Program-made: the position numbers and the translations under genes
NCBI GenBank assembly: GCA_963741945.1
Contig: CAVUKA010000005.1
Coordinates: 64,001 to 128,000, forward strand
Source of the DNA: an uncultured Gemmatimonadales bacterium
GTDB taxonomy: Bacteria; Gemmatimonadota; Gemmatimonadetes; Longimicrobiales; RSA9
Length of the DNA: 64,000 bases
Direction of reading: 5' to 3'
The notes under the pieces: model-generated
The model's input: only the letters and a program-made list of their open reading frames with translations
The model's database searches: none
What the model was told of the DNA's origin: nothing
Shown here: piece after piece, positions 30,709 through 41,046 of the stretch
Layout of the letters: every line of letters begins with the position of its first letter
How positions within the stretch are numbered: position 1 is the first letter of the stretch

Positions 30709-31689
30709 ATGAGCGCGACATTGGGATTCGAGGAGCGGGCGCGTCAGCCACGGCGGGAGGTGGGCGCGGGGGCGCCCGGCGCGCGTCCGGCGAAACCGGG
30801 GGAAGGCGGAGCAATGGTGGCGCGACGCGGACGGCGGTGGGGCTGGGTGGACGCGGGTGGGCTGCTGGTGCTCCTGGTGTTCTCTCTGGCGGCGGCGATG
30901 GGGTTCGCGCTGTTCGGACGTGATCCCGCGCGGGTGGCGGCGCTCGGGGAGGGCGCGGCGCGGTTCTACGCCGCGTCGTTCGGGCTGTTCGCCCGGGGTC
31001 AGGTTCTGGTGGCGGCGGCAGTGCTGGCGGTGGTGCTGATCCGCGCGGCCGGGGTGCGCTGGGTCCCGGCGCTGGTGGCGGTGTACGTGGCGAGCCTGGG
31101 GAGCGAGCTGCTCGGGACGGCGTGGGGGATTCCGTTCGGCGCATACCGGTACACGTCGCTCCTGGGTGTGAAGTGGCTGGGTCTGGTCCCGGTCCTGATC
31201 CCGCTCAGCTGGTTCTTCATGGCGGTGCCGTCGTACGGGCTGGCGCGGCGGGCATCGGGGGATCGGCGCTGGCTTCGGCTGCTGGCTGGGTCGCTTCTGT
31301 TGCTGGCGTGGGACCTGGTTCTGGACCCGGCCATGAGCGAGGTGACACGGTACTGGGTGTGGGCGGAGCGGGGCCCGTACTACGGTATGCCGCTGACGAA
31401 TCTGTTCGGCTGGTACGTCACGGGTCTGGTCCTGATGGGGGTGCTCGAGGTAACGGGTGGCCGGAGCTGGCTGGACAGGGTGTCGCCGGTGTGGCTTGGG
31501 GGCTTCTACGTGGCGAACCTGGTGCTTCCGCTGGGGCTGGCGGCGGCGGCGGGGCTGTGGGGGGCGGTGCTGGCGCCGCTCGTGGTCCTGGGCGTCATGG
31601 GCGGCGTGGCGTGGCGACTGCGCCCGCGGCAACCGGTGCGGGCCGTGATCCGTCCAGCGGCGTCGTCGGACAGGGAGGTGGTGCGGTGA
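30709..31689 (+). CDS. cruF: Carotenoid biosynthesis membrane protein (CruF/DUF422-like 1,2-hydratase)
   Basis: SELLGTAWGIPFGAYRY, LGLVPVLIPLSW, AWDLVLDPAM, YGMPLTNLFGW. Confidence 0.75.
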   Translation: MSATLGFEERARQPRREVGAGAPGARPAKPGEGGAMVARRGRRWGWVDAGGLLVLLVFSLAAAMGFALFGRDPARVAALGEGAARFYAASFGLFARGQVLVAAAVLAVVLIRAAGVRWVPALVAVYVASLGSELLGTAWGIPFGAYRYTSLLGVKWLGLVPVLIPLSWFFMAVPSYGLARRASGDRRWLRLLAGSLLLLAWDLVLDPAMSEVTRYWVWAERGPYYGMPLTNLFGWYVTGLVLMGVLEVTGGRSWLDRVSPVWLGGFYVANLVLPLGLAAAAGLWGAVLAPLVVLGVMGGVAWRLRPRQPVRAVIRPAASSDREVVR

Positions 31690-34225
31690 GGCCGGGGTCC
31701 GGCGGCGCCCTGGCGGAGGCGGCGGAACGCGTGGCGGCAGGGCTGGCGCGGGTGACGGCGGAGCTGTCGGCGGCGGGTCTGCCGGTGCCCGCGTGGGAGG
31801 GGAAGCGGATCCGTCCGGTGGTGGGCTGGGCGGCAGCCCGGCAGCTGGGGGGGATGTCCCGGGATCGCCGGAGGACATCCGCCTGTGGCGCGCCCTGGCC
31901 TCGGTCCAGCTTGCGCACGAGGCGTCGCTCCTCCACGACGACGTGATCGACGCCGCGCCCTTGCGGCGCGGTGCGGCGACGGTGGCGGCCGCGCGGGGGG
32001 TGGGCGCGGCGCTCGTGGAGGGGGACCACCTGTTGACCACGGCGTATCGCCTGGCCGCGGCCACGGGGAGCCTCGAATGGGTGGCCCTCTTCGCCCGTGC
32101 AGTGGAGCGGACGGTGGCCGGTGAGAAGGCGCAGGCGGCGGGGGCCGGTCGAGCGCTGGGCTGGCAGGAGTACGAGGAGATCGTGCTGGGCAAGTCCGGC
32201 GAGCTGCTCGGGGCGGCGCTGGCCGCGCCGGCCGTCCTGTCCGGGCTGCCGGAGTCGGCGGCTCACTATCGGCTGGGACGTCGGATCGGGCTGGTCTACC
32301 AGATGCTGGACGACCTCCTCGACTACTCCCCCACGGCCGACCTGGGCAAGGCGCCACTGGCCGACCGCGCCCGCGGCCTCTGGACCTGGCCTCTCCTGTT
32401 CGTGGACGGTGGCGAGCGCATCGAGGCCGACGAGATCGTCCGCCGGCTCGCGCTCCCCGACCCTCTTGGAGTGCGGCCCGCCGACCGGGCCGTGGACCAC
32501 CTGCGCGACGAGGCCACGGCCGCAGCCGCAGCCGCGGTGCAGCTCTTTCCGGCCGACCCGGTCCTGCGGGAGCTGCTCGCTTCCTGGATCGGGCGGGCCG
32601 AAGCGGCCGTGGCGATGCTTCCGCTCGCGCGACCCGCGGGGGCGCCCGCGGCGGCGGCGGCGCGCGGCGCCCCGCCGCTGCCACCCGTGGACGACTGGGA
32701 GCGCCTGCTCCGCACGCACGCCCGCTCCTTCCACTTCGCGGCGCGTCTGTTCCCGGCCGCGCGTCGCCGGCAGGTGATGGGGGTGTACGCGTGGTGCCGG
32801 TACACGGACGACCTGGTGGATGGGCAGCCGTTCCCGGCACCGGCGCTGGAGGCGAGGCTGGACGCGTGGCTGGAGCTCTCGCGTCGGGCGTACGAGGGCG
32901 AGCACACGGGGAACGACCTGGCGGACCACGTCATGGGGCAGATGCGCACTGCTGGCGTCCCGTTCGGATACGCCGCGGAGCTCATCGAAGGGATGCGCAT
33001 GGATGTGAGGGGTGCGTCGTACGAGACGCTGGCGGAGCTGCGCGCCTACACGTACCGCGTGGCTTCCGTGGTGGGGCTGTGGCTGTGCGAGCTGTTCGAC
33101 GTCCGCGACCCGTGGATGCTGGGTCGCGCCAGCGCGCTGGGCCACGCCATGCAGCTCACGAACATCGCCCGCGACGTGGGCGAGGACCTGCGGGCCGGGC
33201 GCGTGTACGTGCCCGCGGCGTGGCTCGCCGACGAGGGGCTGTCGCGTGACGACCTCGTCCGGATGATGGAGGACGGGCGGCCGGACGATCGGCTCCGCGC
33301 CGTCGTCGCCCGGCTGCTCCAGGCTGCCGACGACGAGTACCGCCTGGCGAGTGCCGCGATCCCGCTCCTCCCCGGATTCTTCCGCCACCCGGTGGCCGTG
33401 GCCGCGGCCGTCTACCATGGCATCCACGAGGCGCTGCGCCGCAACGACCTCGACCCGCTCACCCGCCGCGCCTACACCAGCCTCCCGGAGAAGCTTCGCC
33501 TGGGCGCGGCGGCGCTCGGGCGCACGGCGCTGGCGCGGCCGCGCGTGTGCCACTGCCGGCGTATCGCCGCCGCGCTGGGACTCGGGGTCCTGAGCTTGCT
33601 GGCGGTCACCGGCATCGCCGCCCAGGACCCCGGGGCATCGGAGCTTCCGCCGGTGTCCGTGACGACCGGGTCCACCGTCGTCGCAGCGCGCCCGGCCGTG
33701 ACGGCCGTAGCGGGACCGGCGGGCCCCGCAGACCCCGCGCTGGACGCCGTGGCCCGGCTCTGGCGCATGGGCGTGGACGACGAGGGGGCGGTGGATGCCG
33801 GTCTGGACGTGATCGCCTCCCTGCGCGCCGGTCGTCGCCCGACACCCTCGTCGCCCCTCGACCTGCTGCTGCGAGCGTACGAGGGCTCGTTCACCGCGCT
33901 GCGGGGGAAGCACGGCTCCTGGCCGCCGGCTCGCCTGCGGGCGCTGCGCTCTGGATTCGGGCTCATGGACGCTGCCGTGGCCGCGGCCCCCGACGACCCG
34001 CGGCTCCGGTACATCCGGCTCCGCAGCGGCTTTCATCTCCCCGGCATCTTCGGCCGCAAGACGGAAGTGGACGACGACCTGGCCGCGCTGGCCCGCGTCC
34101 TCCCCGAGCGGGCCGGCGCCTTCGACGACGACGCCCTGGCGGAGGTGGTGGCTTTCGTCCTCCAGCACGGCGCGCCCTCGCCTTCCGCGCGGCGGGTGCT
34201 GGAAAATCTGCTGCGATCAGGCTGA
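31686..34225 (+). CDS. Frameshifted fusion: polyprenyl (GGPP) synthase + phytoene synthase + C-terminal hydrophobic segment and helical domain
   Basis: GTG at 31686 overlaps the cruF stop. GKRIRP is in one frame. HDDVID..RRG, YQMLDDLLD, CRYTDDLVD and QLTNIARDVGED are in the -1 frame after the G7 run at 31847-31853. Confidence 0.8.
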
Positions 34226-34900
34226 GGCGCGGTCCGGGGCTTCGCCCGCATCCTCCTCCCGCCGCGGCGGACCGGCCAGGCGGCGCGCCACCGCGTCGAT
34301 CACACGCCCGCTGCGCGGCATCCAGCCGTGCCAGAGGGCCGGGATGCGCCACGTCTCGCCCGCGCCCAGGACGGACGTGCGCGGCGGGAACGACATGACG
34401 TCGAGCGGCGACCACACGGAGACGGCCACGGCGGCGAGCCGGTGGGCATCGCGCTGGAGTCCTTCCAGGAACGCGCTCCCGGGGCGCATCTGGCGCATGG
34501 CGGGGAGCGGGAGGAAGCGGGCAAGGAGAGAGCCGCCATGGGGCGTCGCCATGAGGATCAGGTGCTCCAGGCGACGCAGCCCGCCCAGCCGCTGGGCGTA
34601 CCAGCGGGCCACCAGGCCGCCCATGCTGAAGCCGACGATGGACAGCGGCCGCTCGGGCCCCAGCTCCCGGTGGATGAAGGCCGCCAGCTCGCTCCCCAGG
34701 ACCTGGAACGGCGCGCGCCCGCTGCTCGGGGCCAGGGCGTAGGTTCGGACGTCCAGGCCTTCCTCGCGCAGCCGACGCCGCATCCTGCTGAACAGGCCCG
34801 CCTCGTCGAGCCACCCGGGGATCAGCACGACCGCCCCCGGCGACCCATCCGCATCCCCAGCTCCCCCGCTCGCTTGACCGCTCCGACTTCGATCGTTCAT
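34217..34900 (-). CDS. Small alpha/beta-hydrolase (lipase/esterase)
   Basis: VVLIPG, nucleophile elbow GFSMGG, ATPHGGS. Confidence 0.8.
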   Translation of the reverse strand: MNDRSRSGQASGGAGDADGSPGAVVLIPGWLDEAGLFSRMRRRLREEGLDVRTYALAPSSGRAPFQVLGSELAAFIHRELGPERPLSIVGFSMGGLVARWYAQRLGGLRRLEHLILMATPHGGSLLARFLPLPAMRQMRPGSAFLEGLQRDAHRLAAVAVSVWSPLDVMSFPPRTSVLGAGETWRIPALWHGWMPRSGRVIDAVARRLAGPPRREEDAGEAPDRASA

Positions 34901-34909
34901 CTACCCGCC

Positions 34910-35677
34910 ATGAAACAGGCCACAATTCTCGCAGTACTCGGATTCTTCGCTCTCGGTTCCGGCACCGCGCGTGCCCAGGACACCGGGGAGGACGCGACTC
35001 CGCCCGGCCGGTGGGGGGCCGAAGTCGGCCTCTCCCTCAACAGCGCCGCCGGGAACGAGCAGCTCACCGTCCTCACCACGGAAGTCGGCATCACCCACCT
35101 GGAGACGGAACGCTACGAGCTCTCGTTCAACGGGCGATACCGCTACGGCAGAAGCGCCGGCGAGGTGGTGGCGCGCAACATCCGGGGGTCGCTCTCGCTC
35201 GACCTCTGGCCTGCCGCCGGCTGGTCTCCGTTCGTCTTCACCACAGTGGAGCAGGATCCTTTCCGGAAGCTCGATGTCCGCGCGGACGGGGGCGGAGGCG
35301 TGAAGCGGACATTCTACCAGCGGGAGTGGGACGAGGTCTCGCTGAGCGCGGCCGTCCTCTACAGCTACGAGCAGGTGCAGGCCGCCGACCCGGCCGTGGA
35401 CCCCCTGACCCGCACCGCGCGCTGGAGCTGGCGGGGCCGCGCGCGGCACCAGTTCCGGGAAGGGACCCGCCTGGAACAGATCTTCTTCTACCAGCCAGCC
35501 TGGAACGATGGCGGCGACTACATCATCGAAGCCCGGACTTCCGGGCGTCTCGCCCTCACGTCCGCCCTGGCCTTCACCGCCAACGTGCTGTACCAGCGCG
35601 ACAGCACGCCCGCGCCCGACGTCGAGCCCGATGACGTCTCGGTCGCCCTCGGCCTGAGCCTGGCGACCACCTGGTAG
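34910..35677 (+). CDS. DUF481-like outer membrane beta-barrel protein
   Basis: Signal peptide, alternating beta-strand pattern, GN near the N-terminus, C-terminal aromatic W. Confidence 0.7.
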   Translation: MKQATILAVLGFFALGSGTARAQDTGEDATPPGRWGAEVGLSLNSAAGNEQLTVLTTEVGITHLETERYELSFNGRYRYGRSAGEVVARNIRGSLSLDLWPAAGWSPFVFTTVEQDPFRKLDVRADGGGGVKRTFYQREWDEVSLSAAVLYSYEQVQAADPAVDPLTRTARWSWRGRARHQFREGTRLEQIFFYQPAWNDGGDYIIEARTSGRLALTSALAFTANVLYQRDSTPAPDVEPDDVSVALGLSLATTW

Positions 35678-35812
35678 CCGGCCGCGCCGAGCGGAACGAG
35701 CGGAGGCCCGGCCGATCCGGCGGCCGGGCCTCCCTCGCGCCTGCTCCCACGGGGCGCGGAGCAGCGGAGGGGCTCCGGGACGTACGGCGTCCCGGAACCC
35801 CAACCGCGTCGC

Positions 35813-37792
35813 TCAGGCCACCTTCTTCGCTTCCCGGTTGGCCGTGCTGTAGAAGAACCAGAGCACCAGCGGGAAGACGAGCAGCCCCAGGATGCCCTGG
35901 ATCAGCGGATCGCTGATGATCACGGGCAGCGTGAGGCCGCCCACGATGAACCCGGCGATGACCACCCCCATCAGCGCTTCCCCGGCGACGAACCCGGAGG
36001 CTACCAGGACGCCCGTGTTGTCCGCCCTCGCCCGCGGCTCCGCGGCCGCGTACCGGCGCTCCATCATCCGGTCCACGATCCAGCGGAAGACGCCGCCCAC
36101 GAAAATGGCGAACGTGCTCCAGATCGGCAGGTACATCCCGACGGCCACCAGCATCACCGACGGCGCCCGCACCAGAATCAGCATGACGGCGAACAGCATT
36201 CCGGCAATGAAGAGCGGCCACGGCATCTGCCCGTTGATGATGCCGGTGCTGACGAGCGCCATCAGCCCCGCCTGCGGCGCCGGCAGCGCCGTGGCCGGGT
36301 TCGCGCCGGGCGCACCCGCGAAGCCGTACGCCTGGCTCAGCAGCGCCAGCACGAACGCCAGGGCTGGCGCGGCGGCCACCACGGCGATCATCTCGCCCAT
36401 CTCCATGCTCCTGGGTGTGCCGCCGAGGATGTGACCCACCTTCAGGTCCTGCATCATGTCGCCGGCGATCCCCATGGCGGTGCACACCACCGCCGCCACC
36501 CCCAGCACGGCCAGGACCCCATGGTCCCCCTTGAGACCGATGGCCACCATGAGCAGGGCGGCCAGGATGAGCGTGGAGAGCGTCAGGCCGCTGATCGGAT
36601 TGTTGCTGCTCCCGATCAGGCCGACCAGGTAGCCCGCCACGGCCGCGAACAGGATCCCCGCTACCACCATGACCACCGCCGCCAGCACCGATCCGCCGAA
36701 GCTCTTCGTGAAATAGTAGTAGAGGACGGTGATCGGGATCAGCAGGCCGAAAATCCCGAAGACGATCCACTTGTAGCGGATGTCCGTTTCATGACGATCC
36801 GGCGCCTCCCTCTGGGGCGTGACGCGCTGGAGGTCGGCGAACACGCGGCCGAACCCCTGGCCGAGGCTCTTCCGCATGTTCCACAGCGTCCACGCCGCGC
36901 CCACCACCATTGTGCCCACCGCCAGCGGCCGCACCTGCTGCTGCCACACCACCTCCATGGCCGTGGCGCCGTACCCGTTCGCCGCCGCAGCGGCCATCAG
37001 GTCACGGTTCACGAACGTCATCACGGGCACCAGGCACCACCAGCCCAGCACGCCGCCCGCGAACACCACCGCGGCCAGCGAAGGCCCGATGATGTAGCCC
37101 ACGCCCAGGAGCGCCGGCGATGCGGACGGCGTCGAGGCGAACATGCCGCCCGTGTACGTGGAGCCCGCGGGGCCGCCGATCCGCTCCCCCACGGCAGTCC
37201 CCCAGCTCCACCACCCCGTCATCTCAGAGGCCAGAACACGAATTCCCGAGCCGTTCTTCATCAGCTCGATGAGCGCCGAGATCAGCCCGGCACCCAGCAG
37301 GTACTTCCCTCCGCTCGCGCCCGCCTGGCCCGCCTTGTGGATCTCCGAGGCCGCGATCGACTCCGGGAACGGCAGCCCCGATTCCTCCACCAGCGTCCGC
37401 CGGAGGATGATCACGAACAGCACCCCGAGGATGCCACCGACCATCATGATGAACGTGGCGATCCAGAGGTTGATCTCCGTCCACACGCCGGTGATCACGA
37501 ACGCAGGGATCGTGAAGATCGCGCCCGCAACCAGCGCCTCGCCCACCGAGGCGGTGGTCCGGGCGATGTTCTCTTCCAGGATCGTCCCGCCCATCGGTCT
37601 CAGCGCCGCCATCGCCACGACCGCTGCGGGGAACGTGGCCGCGATGGTCAAGCCGGCCACCATCCCGATGTAGGCGTTGGCCGCGCCCAGGACCACCGCC
37701 ATGACAACCCCGAGCAGCACCGCCCTGAGAGAGAACTCCTTGGGGTTCTGGTCTGCCGGGATGTACGGCTGGTACGGCAATTGGTCCGCCAT
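35813..37792 (-). CDS. OPT-family oligopeptide transporter
   Basis: ENIART, LPFPE, SNNPISG, MQDLKVG, LPAPQA. Confidence 0.92.
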   Translation of the reverse strand: MADQLPYQPYIPADQNPKEFSLRAVLLGVVMAVVLGAANAYIGMVAGLTIAATFPAAVVAMAALRPMGGTILEENIARTTASVGEALVAGAIFTIPAFVITGVWTEINLWIATFIMMVGGILGVLFVIILRRTLVEESGLPFPESIAASEIHKAGQAGASGGKYLLGAGLISALIELMKNGSGIRVLASEMTGWWSWGTAVGERIGGPAGSTYTGGMFASTPSASPALLGVGYIIGPSLAAVVFAGGVLGWWCLVPVMTFVNRDLMAAAAANGYGATAMEVVWQQQVRPLAVGTMVVGAAWTLWNMRKSLGQGFGRVFADLQRVTPQREAPDRHETDIRYKWIVFGIFGLLIPITVLYYYFTKSFGGSVLAAVVMVVAGILFAAVAGYLVGLIGSSNNPISGLTLSTLILAALLMVAIGLKGDHGVLAVLGVAAVVCTAMGIAGDMMQDLKVGHILGGTPRSMEMGEMIAVVAAAPALAFVLALLSQAYGFAGAPGANPATALPAPQAGLMALVSTGIINGQMPWPLFIAGMLFAVMLILVRAPSVMLVAVGMYLPIWSTFAIFVGGVFRWIVDRMMERRYAAAEPRARADNTGVLVASGFVAGEALMGVVIAGFIVGGLTLPVIISDPLIQGILGLLVFPLVLWFFYSTANREAKKVA

Positions 37793-38029
37793 CAGACCCT
37801 TCCATGATTCGAGGACGAGGACCCGTCGGCTCCCGGACTCCCCCTGGCCGCGGGCGATGGACACCATGAGCCGCTGACACGCTGCTCTCCAACGCCGCCA
37901 CTGTCAAGGAGCACACGCATCTCGATGCCTACTCCTCCCCGCTTGCGCCCGGGGCCGCGTCGCGCCCACGTTCCTCCGGCACCGCCCGCACGATCCGGCG
38001 GCGGAACCTGCAACTGCAACGGGACAAAC

Positions 38030-39127
38030 ATGCGCACCCTGATGAAGGGGAGTTTCGGGACCACGCTGGCCGCGGCCCTCCTCCTGGCCGTCGCTTCCCC
38101 TGCCGCCCCGCAGGATGACCCGCGCGAGACGCTCGAGGCCGCTCGCCGACTGCTGCGCGCCCACGAGAGCCTCGACCATCAACTCGATGCCCTCGCCAAG
38201 AACGTCGACGACATCCTCTGGTTCGACCGCGTGGGCGATGTGGCCGTGGTGGAGAAGGTGCGGATCTACGGCCCGCCGCTGGCCAACGAGCCGCACCCGC
38301 CGCCCAGCGGCCCGGGCAACCCATTCCGCTTCTACATGTACGTCTTCACGCCGCGGGCGGAGTTCGCCGGTCGAAAGCTCCCGCTCCTGCTCCTGCCGCA
38401 CGGCGGCGTGCACTCCGACTTCACCACGTACCACACGCGCATCGTGCGCGAGCTCATCGCGCAGGGGTACATCGTGGTGGCGCCGGAGTATCGCGGCTCC
38501 ACCGGATACGGCCGGGGGACGTACGAGGCCATCGACTACGGCGGCCGGGAGGTAGGCGACGTGCTCGCCGCCCGCGACTGGGCCGTGGCCAACCACCCGC
38601 GTGTCGATGCCGACCACGTGGGCCTCATCGGCTGGAGTCACGGCGGACTGATCACGCTGCACAGCCTCTTCGACCACCCGGACAAGTACGTGGTGGGGTT
38701 CGCCGGGGTGCCCGTCTCCGACCTCGTCCAGCGGATGGGGTATCTCGGCCCCTCGTACCAGGCGAACTACGACGCGCCGTACCACATCGGGAAGACGCCC
38801 GGCGAGGCGCTGGACGAGTACAAGCGGCGCTCCCCCGTCTGGAACGTGGAGAAGCTGACGCGTCCCGTCCGCATCCACGGCAACGTCCACGACGATGACG
38901 TCAACGTCATCGAGGTCGAGCACCTGGTGCAGGCGCTCAAAGCGGCAGGGAAGGACTTCGAATACGAGATCTACGACCTGCCCGGCGGGCACAGCTTCGA
39001 CCGGCTCGACACGCCCTCGGCCTGGGAGGTCCGCCGCGAGATCTACCGCTTCCTCGCCCGCTACCTCAAGCCGCCCCGCCCCGACATCCGGCTGGGCGTG
39101 GGAGCGGACGGTCGCGCAGCGCCCTGA
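38030..39127 (+). CDS. S9 (prolyl oligopeptidase-family) serine peptidase, exported
   Basis: HGG, YRGSTGYG, GWSHGG, DDDV, GGHSF. Confidence 0.88.
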   Translation: MRTLMKGSFGTTLAAALLLAVASPAAPQDDPRETLEAARRLLRAHESLDHQLDALAKNVDDILWFDRVGDVAVVEKVRIYGPPLANEPHPPPSGPGNPFRFYMYVFTPRAEFAGRKLPLLLLPHGGVHSDFTTYHTRIVRELIAQGYIVVAPEYRGSTGYGRGTYEAIDYGGREVGDVLAARDWAVANHPRVDADHVGLIGWSHGGLITLHSLFDHPDKYVVGFAGVPVSDLVQRMGYLGPSYQANYDAPYHIGKTPGEALDEYKRRSPVWNVEKLTRPVRIHGNVHDDDVNVIEVEHLVQALKAAGKDFEYEIYDLPGGHSFDRLDTPSAWEVRREIYRFLARYLKPPRPDIRLGVGADGRAAP

Positions 39128-39224
39128 CAGGCGGCTCGTACGGTCCCGGGGGACGCTTGCCTCCGGGCCACCGCCCCCGTACGCTCCGGCCGGAAACGGA
39201 ACCGCGGGCAGACGGAGTGGAGCG

Positions 39225-40922
39225 ATGAGCATGGGCGGGTGGCGACGGGTGGGGATGGCGGCGCTGGCCACGGGCGCGCTGGTGGCTGCGCCGCCCGCCT
39301 CCGTGCGCGGACAGGACGTCCCCAGCACGGTGCCGGAGCGCACCGACTATCAGCGCACGTCCACGACCGCGGACGTGGCCGCGTTCCTGGACAGTCTTGC
39401 GGCCACGGGCGCCCCGGTGACGGTCGGCAGCATGGGCCGGACGGCCGAAGGGCGGCCGATCCTCTTCGCCGTGGCCTCGGAGCCGCGGATCACGTCGCCG
39501 CGTGAAGCCGCGCGCTCGGGCAAGCTCGTGGTCTACCTGCAGGCGAACATCCACGGCGGTGAGGTGGAGGGAAAGGAAGCGGTGCAGCAGCTGCTCCGCG
39601 AACTGGCCGGGCCGCGTCGCCAGCTGCTGGAGAAGCTGATCCTCCTCGTCGCCCCCGTCTACAACGCCGACGGCAATGATGCCTTCGGGCCGGTGGAGGA
39701 GCACCGGCCCGAACAGGACGGCCCCCCACGCGTGGGGCTGCGTCCCGACGGGCTTCAGCTCGACCTGAACCGGGACTACCTGAAGGCCGAGGCGCCCGAG
39801 ACGCGCGCCTCCCTCGCCCGCGTCTTCGACACGTGGGACCCCGCCCTCATGATGGACCTGCACACAACGGATGGCACGCTCCACGGCTACCTGCTCACCT
39901 ACTCGCCGCCGCTCGACCCGAACGGCCCCGCGGGCCCGACCACGTTCGCGCAGGATACCCTGCTCCCCGCCGTCCGAGACGCGATGCAGCGGAAGTACGG
40001 CGAGCCCGTCTTCCCCTACGGCAACGTGCGCAACCCGGCCGAGCCCCGCGCCTGGACCACGTACTCGCCGCTGGCGTGGTACGGCACCAATTACGCCGGC
40101 CTCCGCGGCCGTATCGGAATCCTGAGCGAGGCCTACTCGCACGCGGACTTCCGCACCCGCGTGAACGTGACGCACGACTTCGTTCTGGAAGTGCTCCAGT
40201 ACGCGGCCGCCCACGCCGACCGTATCCGGGCCATCGTCGCCGAGGCGGACCGCCGGACCACGGCGGAGGGAGCGGGCGACGTCGCCCGGCCGGACCTCGC
40301 CATTGCCTACCAGCCGGCCGACCGCGGTACCGAGCCCGTCGTGCTGCGCCGCATGCGGCGGAGCGGGTCGTCGCCCTCCGGGCGCCCCCGGTTCGAGCCG
40401 CTGGAAGGGTACGACACGGTCGACCTCCCCGTCTACGACCGCTTCATCGCTTCCGCCACGGAGCGGATGCCGGGCGGCTACTTCCTCCCCCCCGCGGAAG
40501 CCGGGATCGCCCGCCTCCTGCGGCTCCACGGCATCCAGGTGCGACGCATCGACCGGGAATGGTCGGGACCGGGAGAGACATTCCGGATCGACAGCCTGAC
40601 CTGGACGCCGGGCGCGTTCCAGGGGCACCACATGCTGGCCGTGGCCGGAGAATGGACCGCGGCGACGCTCACGATCCCGGTGGGGGCCTACTACGTCAGC
40701 ACGGCCCAGCCCCTGGGGCGGCTCGTCTTCTCACTGCTGGAGCCGGAAGGATACGGGCTGCCGCGCTGGAACTCCTTCGATCGGCTCCTCGGCTCGGAGG
40801 AAGGCGCCCTCCCAGGACTGGTCTACGGCTCCACCCCCTTCGGGACGTTCCCGCTCTGGCGCGTGGATCGCGACCCGCGCGCCCCCATGGCCACACTGCC
40901 GCCCATCGGCGCGGAGCCGTAA
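39225..40922 (+). CDS. M14-family zinc carboxypeptidase, exported
   Basis: NIHGGEVEG, YNADG, DLNRD, DLHTT. Confidence 0.88.
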   Translation: MSMGGWRRVGMAALATGALVAAPPASVRGQDVPSTVPERTDYQRTSTTADVAAFLDSLAATGAPVTVGSMGRTAEGRPILFAVASEPRITSPREAARSGKLVVYLQANIHGGEVEGKEAVQQLLRELAGPRRQLLEKLILLVAPVYNADGNDAFGPVEEHRPEQDGPPRVGLRPDGLQLDLNRDYLKAEAPETRASLARVFDTWDPALMMDLHTTDGTLHGYLLTYSPPLDPNGPAGPTTFAQDTLLPAVRDAMQRKYGEPVFPYGNVRNPAEPRAWTTYSPLAWYGTNYAGLRGRIGILSEAYSHADFRTRVNVTHDFVLEVLQYAAAHADRIRAIVAEADRRTTAEGAGDVARPDLAIAYQPADRGTEPVVLRRMRRSGSSPSGRPRFEPLEGYDTVDLPVYDRFIASATERMPGGYFLPPAEAGIARLLRLHGIQVRRIDREWSGPGETFRIDSLTWTPGAFQGHHMLAVAGEWTAATLTIPVGAYYVSTAQPLGRLVFSLLEPEGYGLPRWNSFDRLLGSEEGALPGLVYGSTPFGTFPLWRVDRDPRAPMATLPPIGAEP

Positions 40923-41046
40923 CGGGGAATCCGCGCTGACGGCAGCGAGGCCCGCCGTGGCCGATCCCACGCGCGGGCCTCCGGGCCCCCGCCGCCCGCG
41001 AACGGGCCGGACAGGAGGGGCGGTCGGACTCGGCCGACCGCCGATG

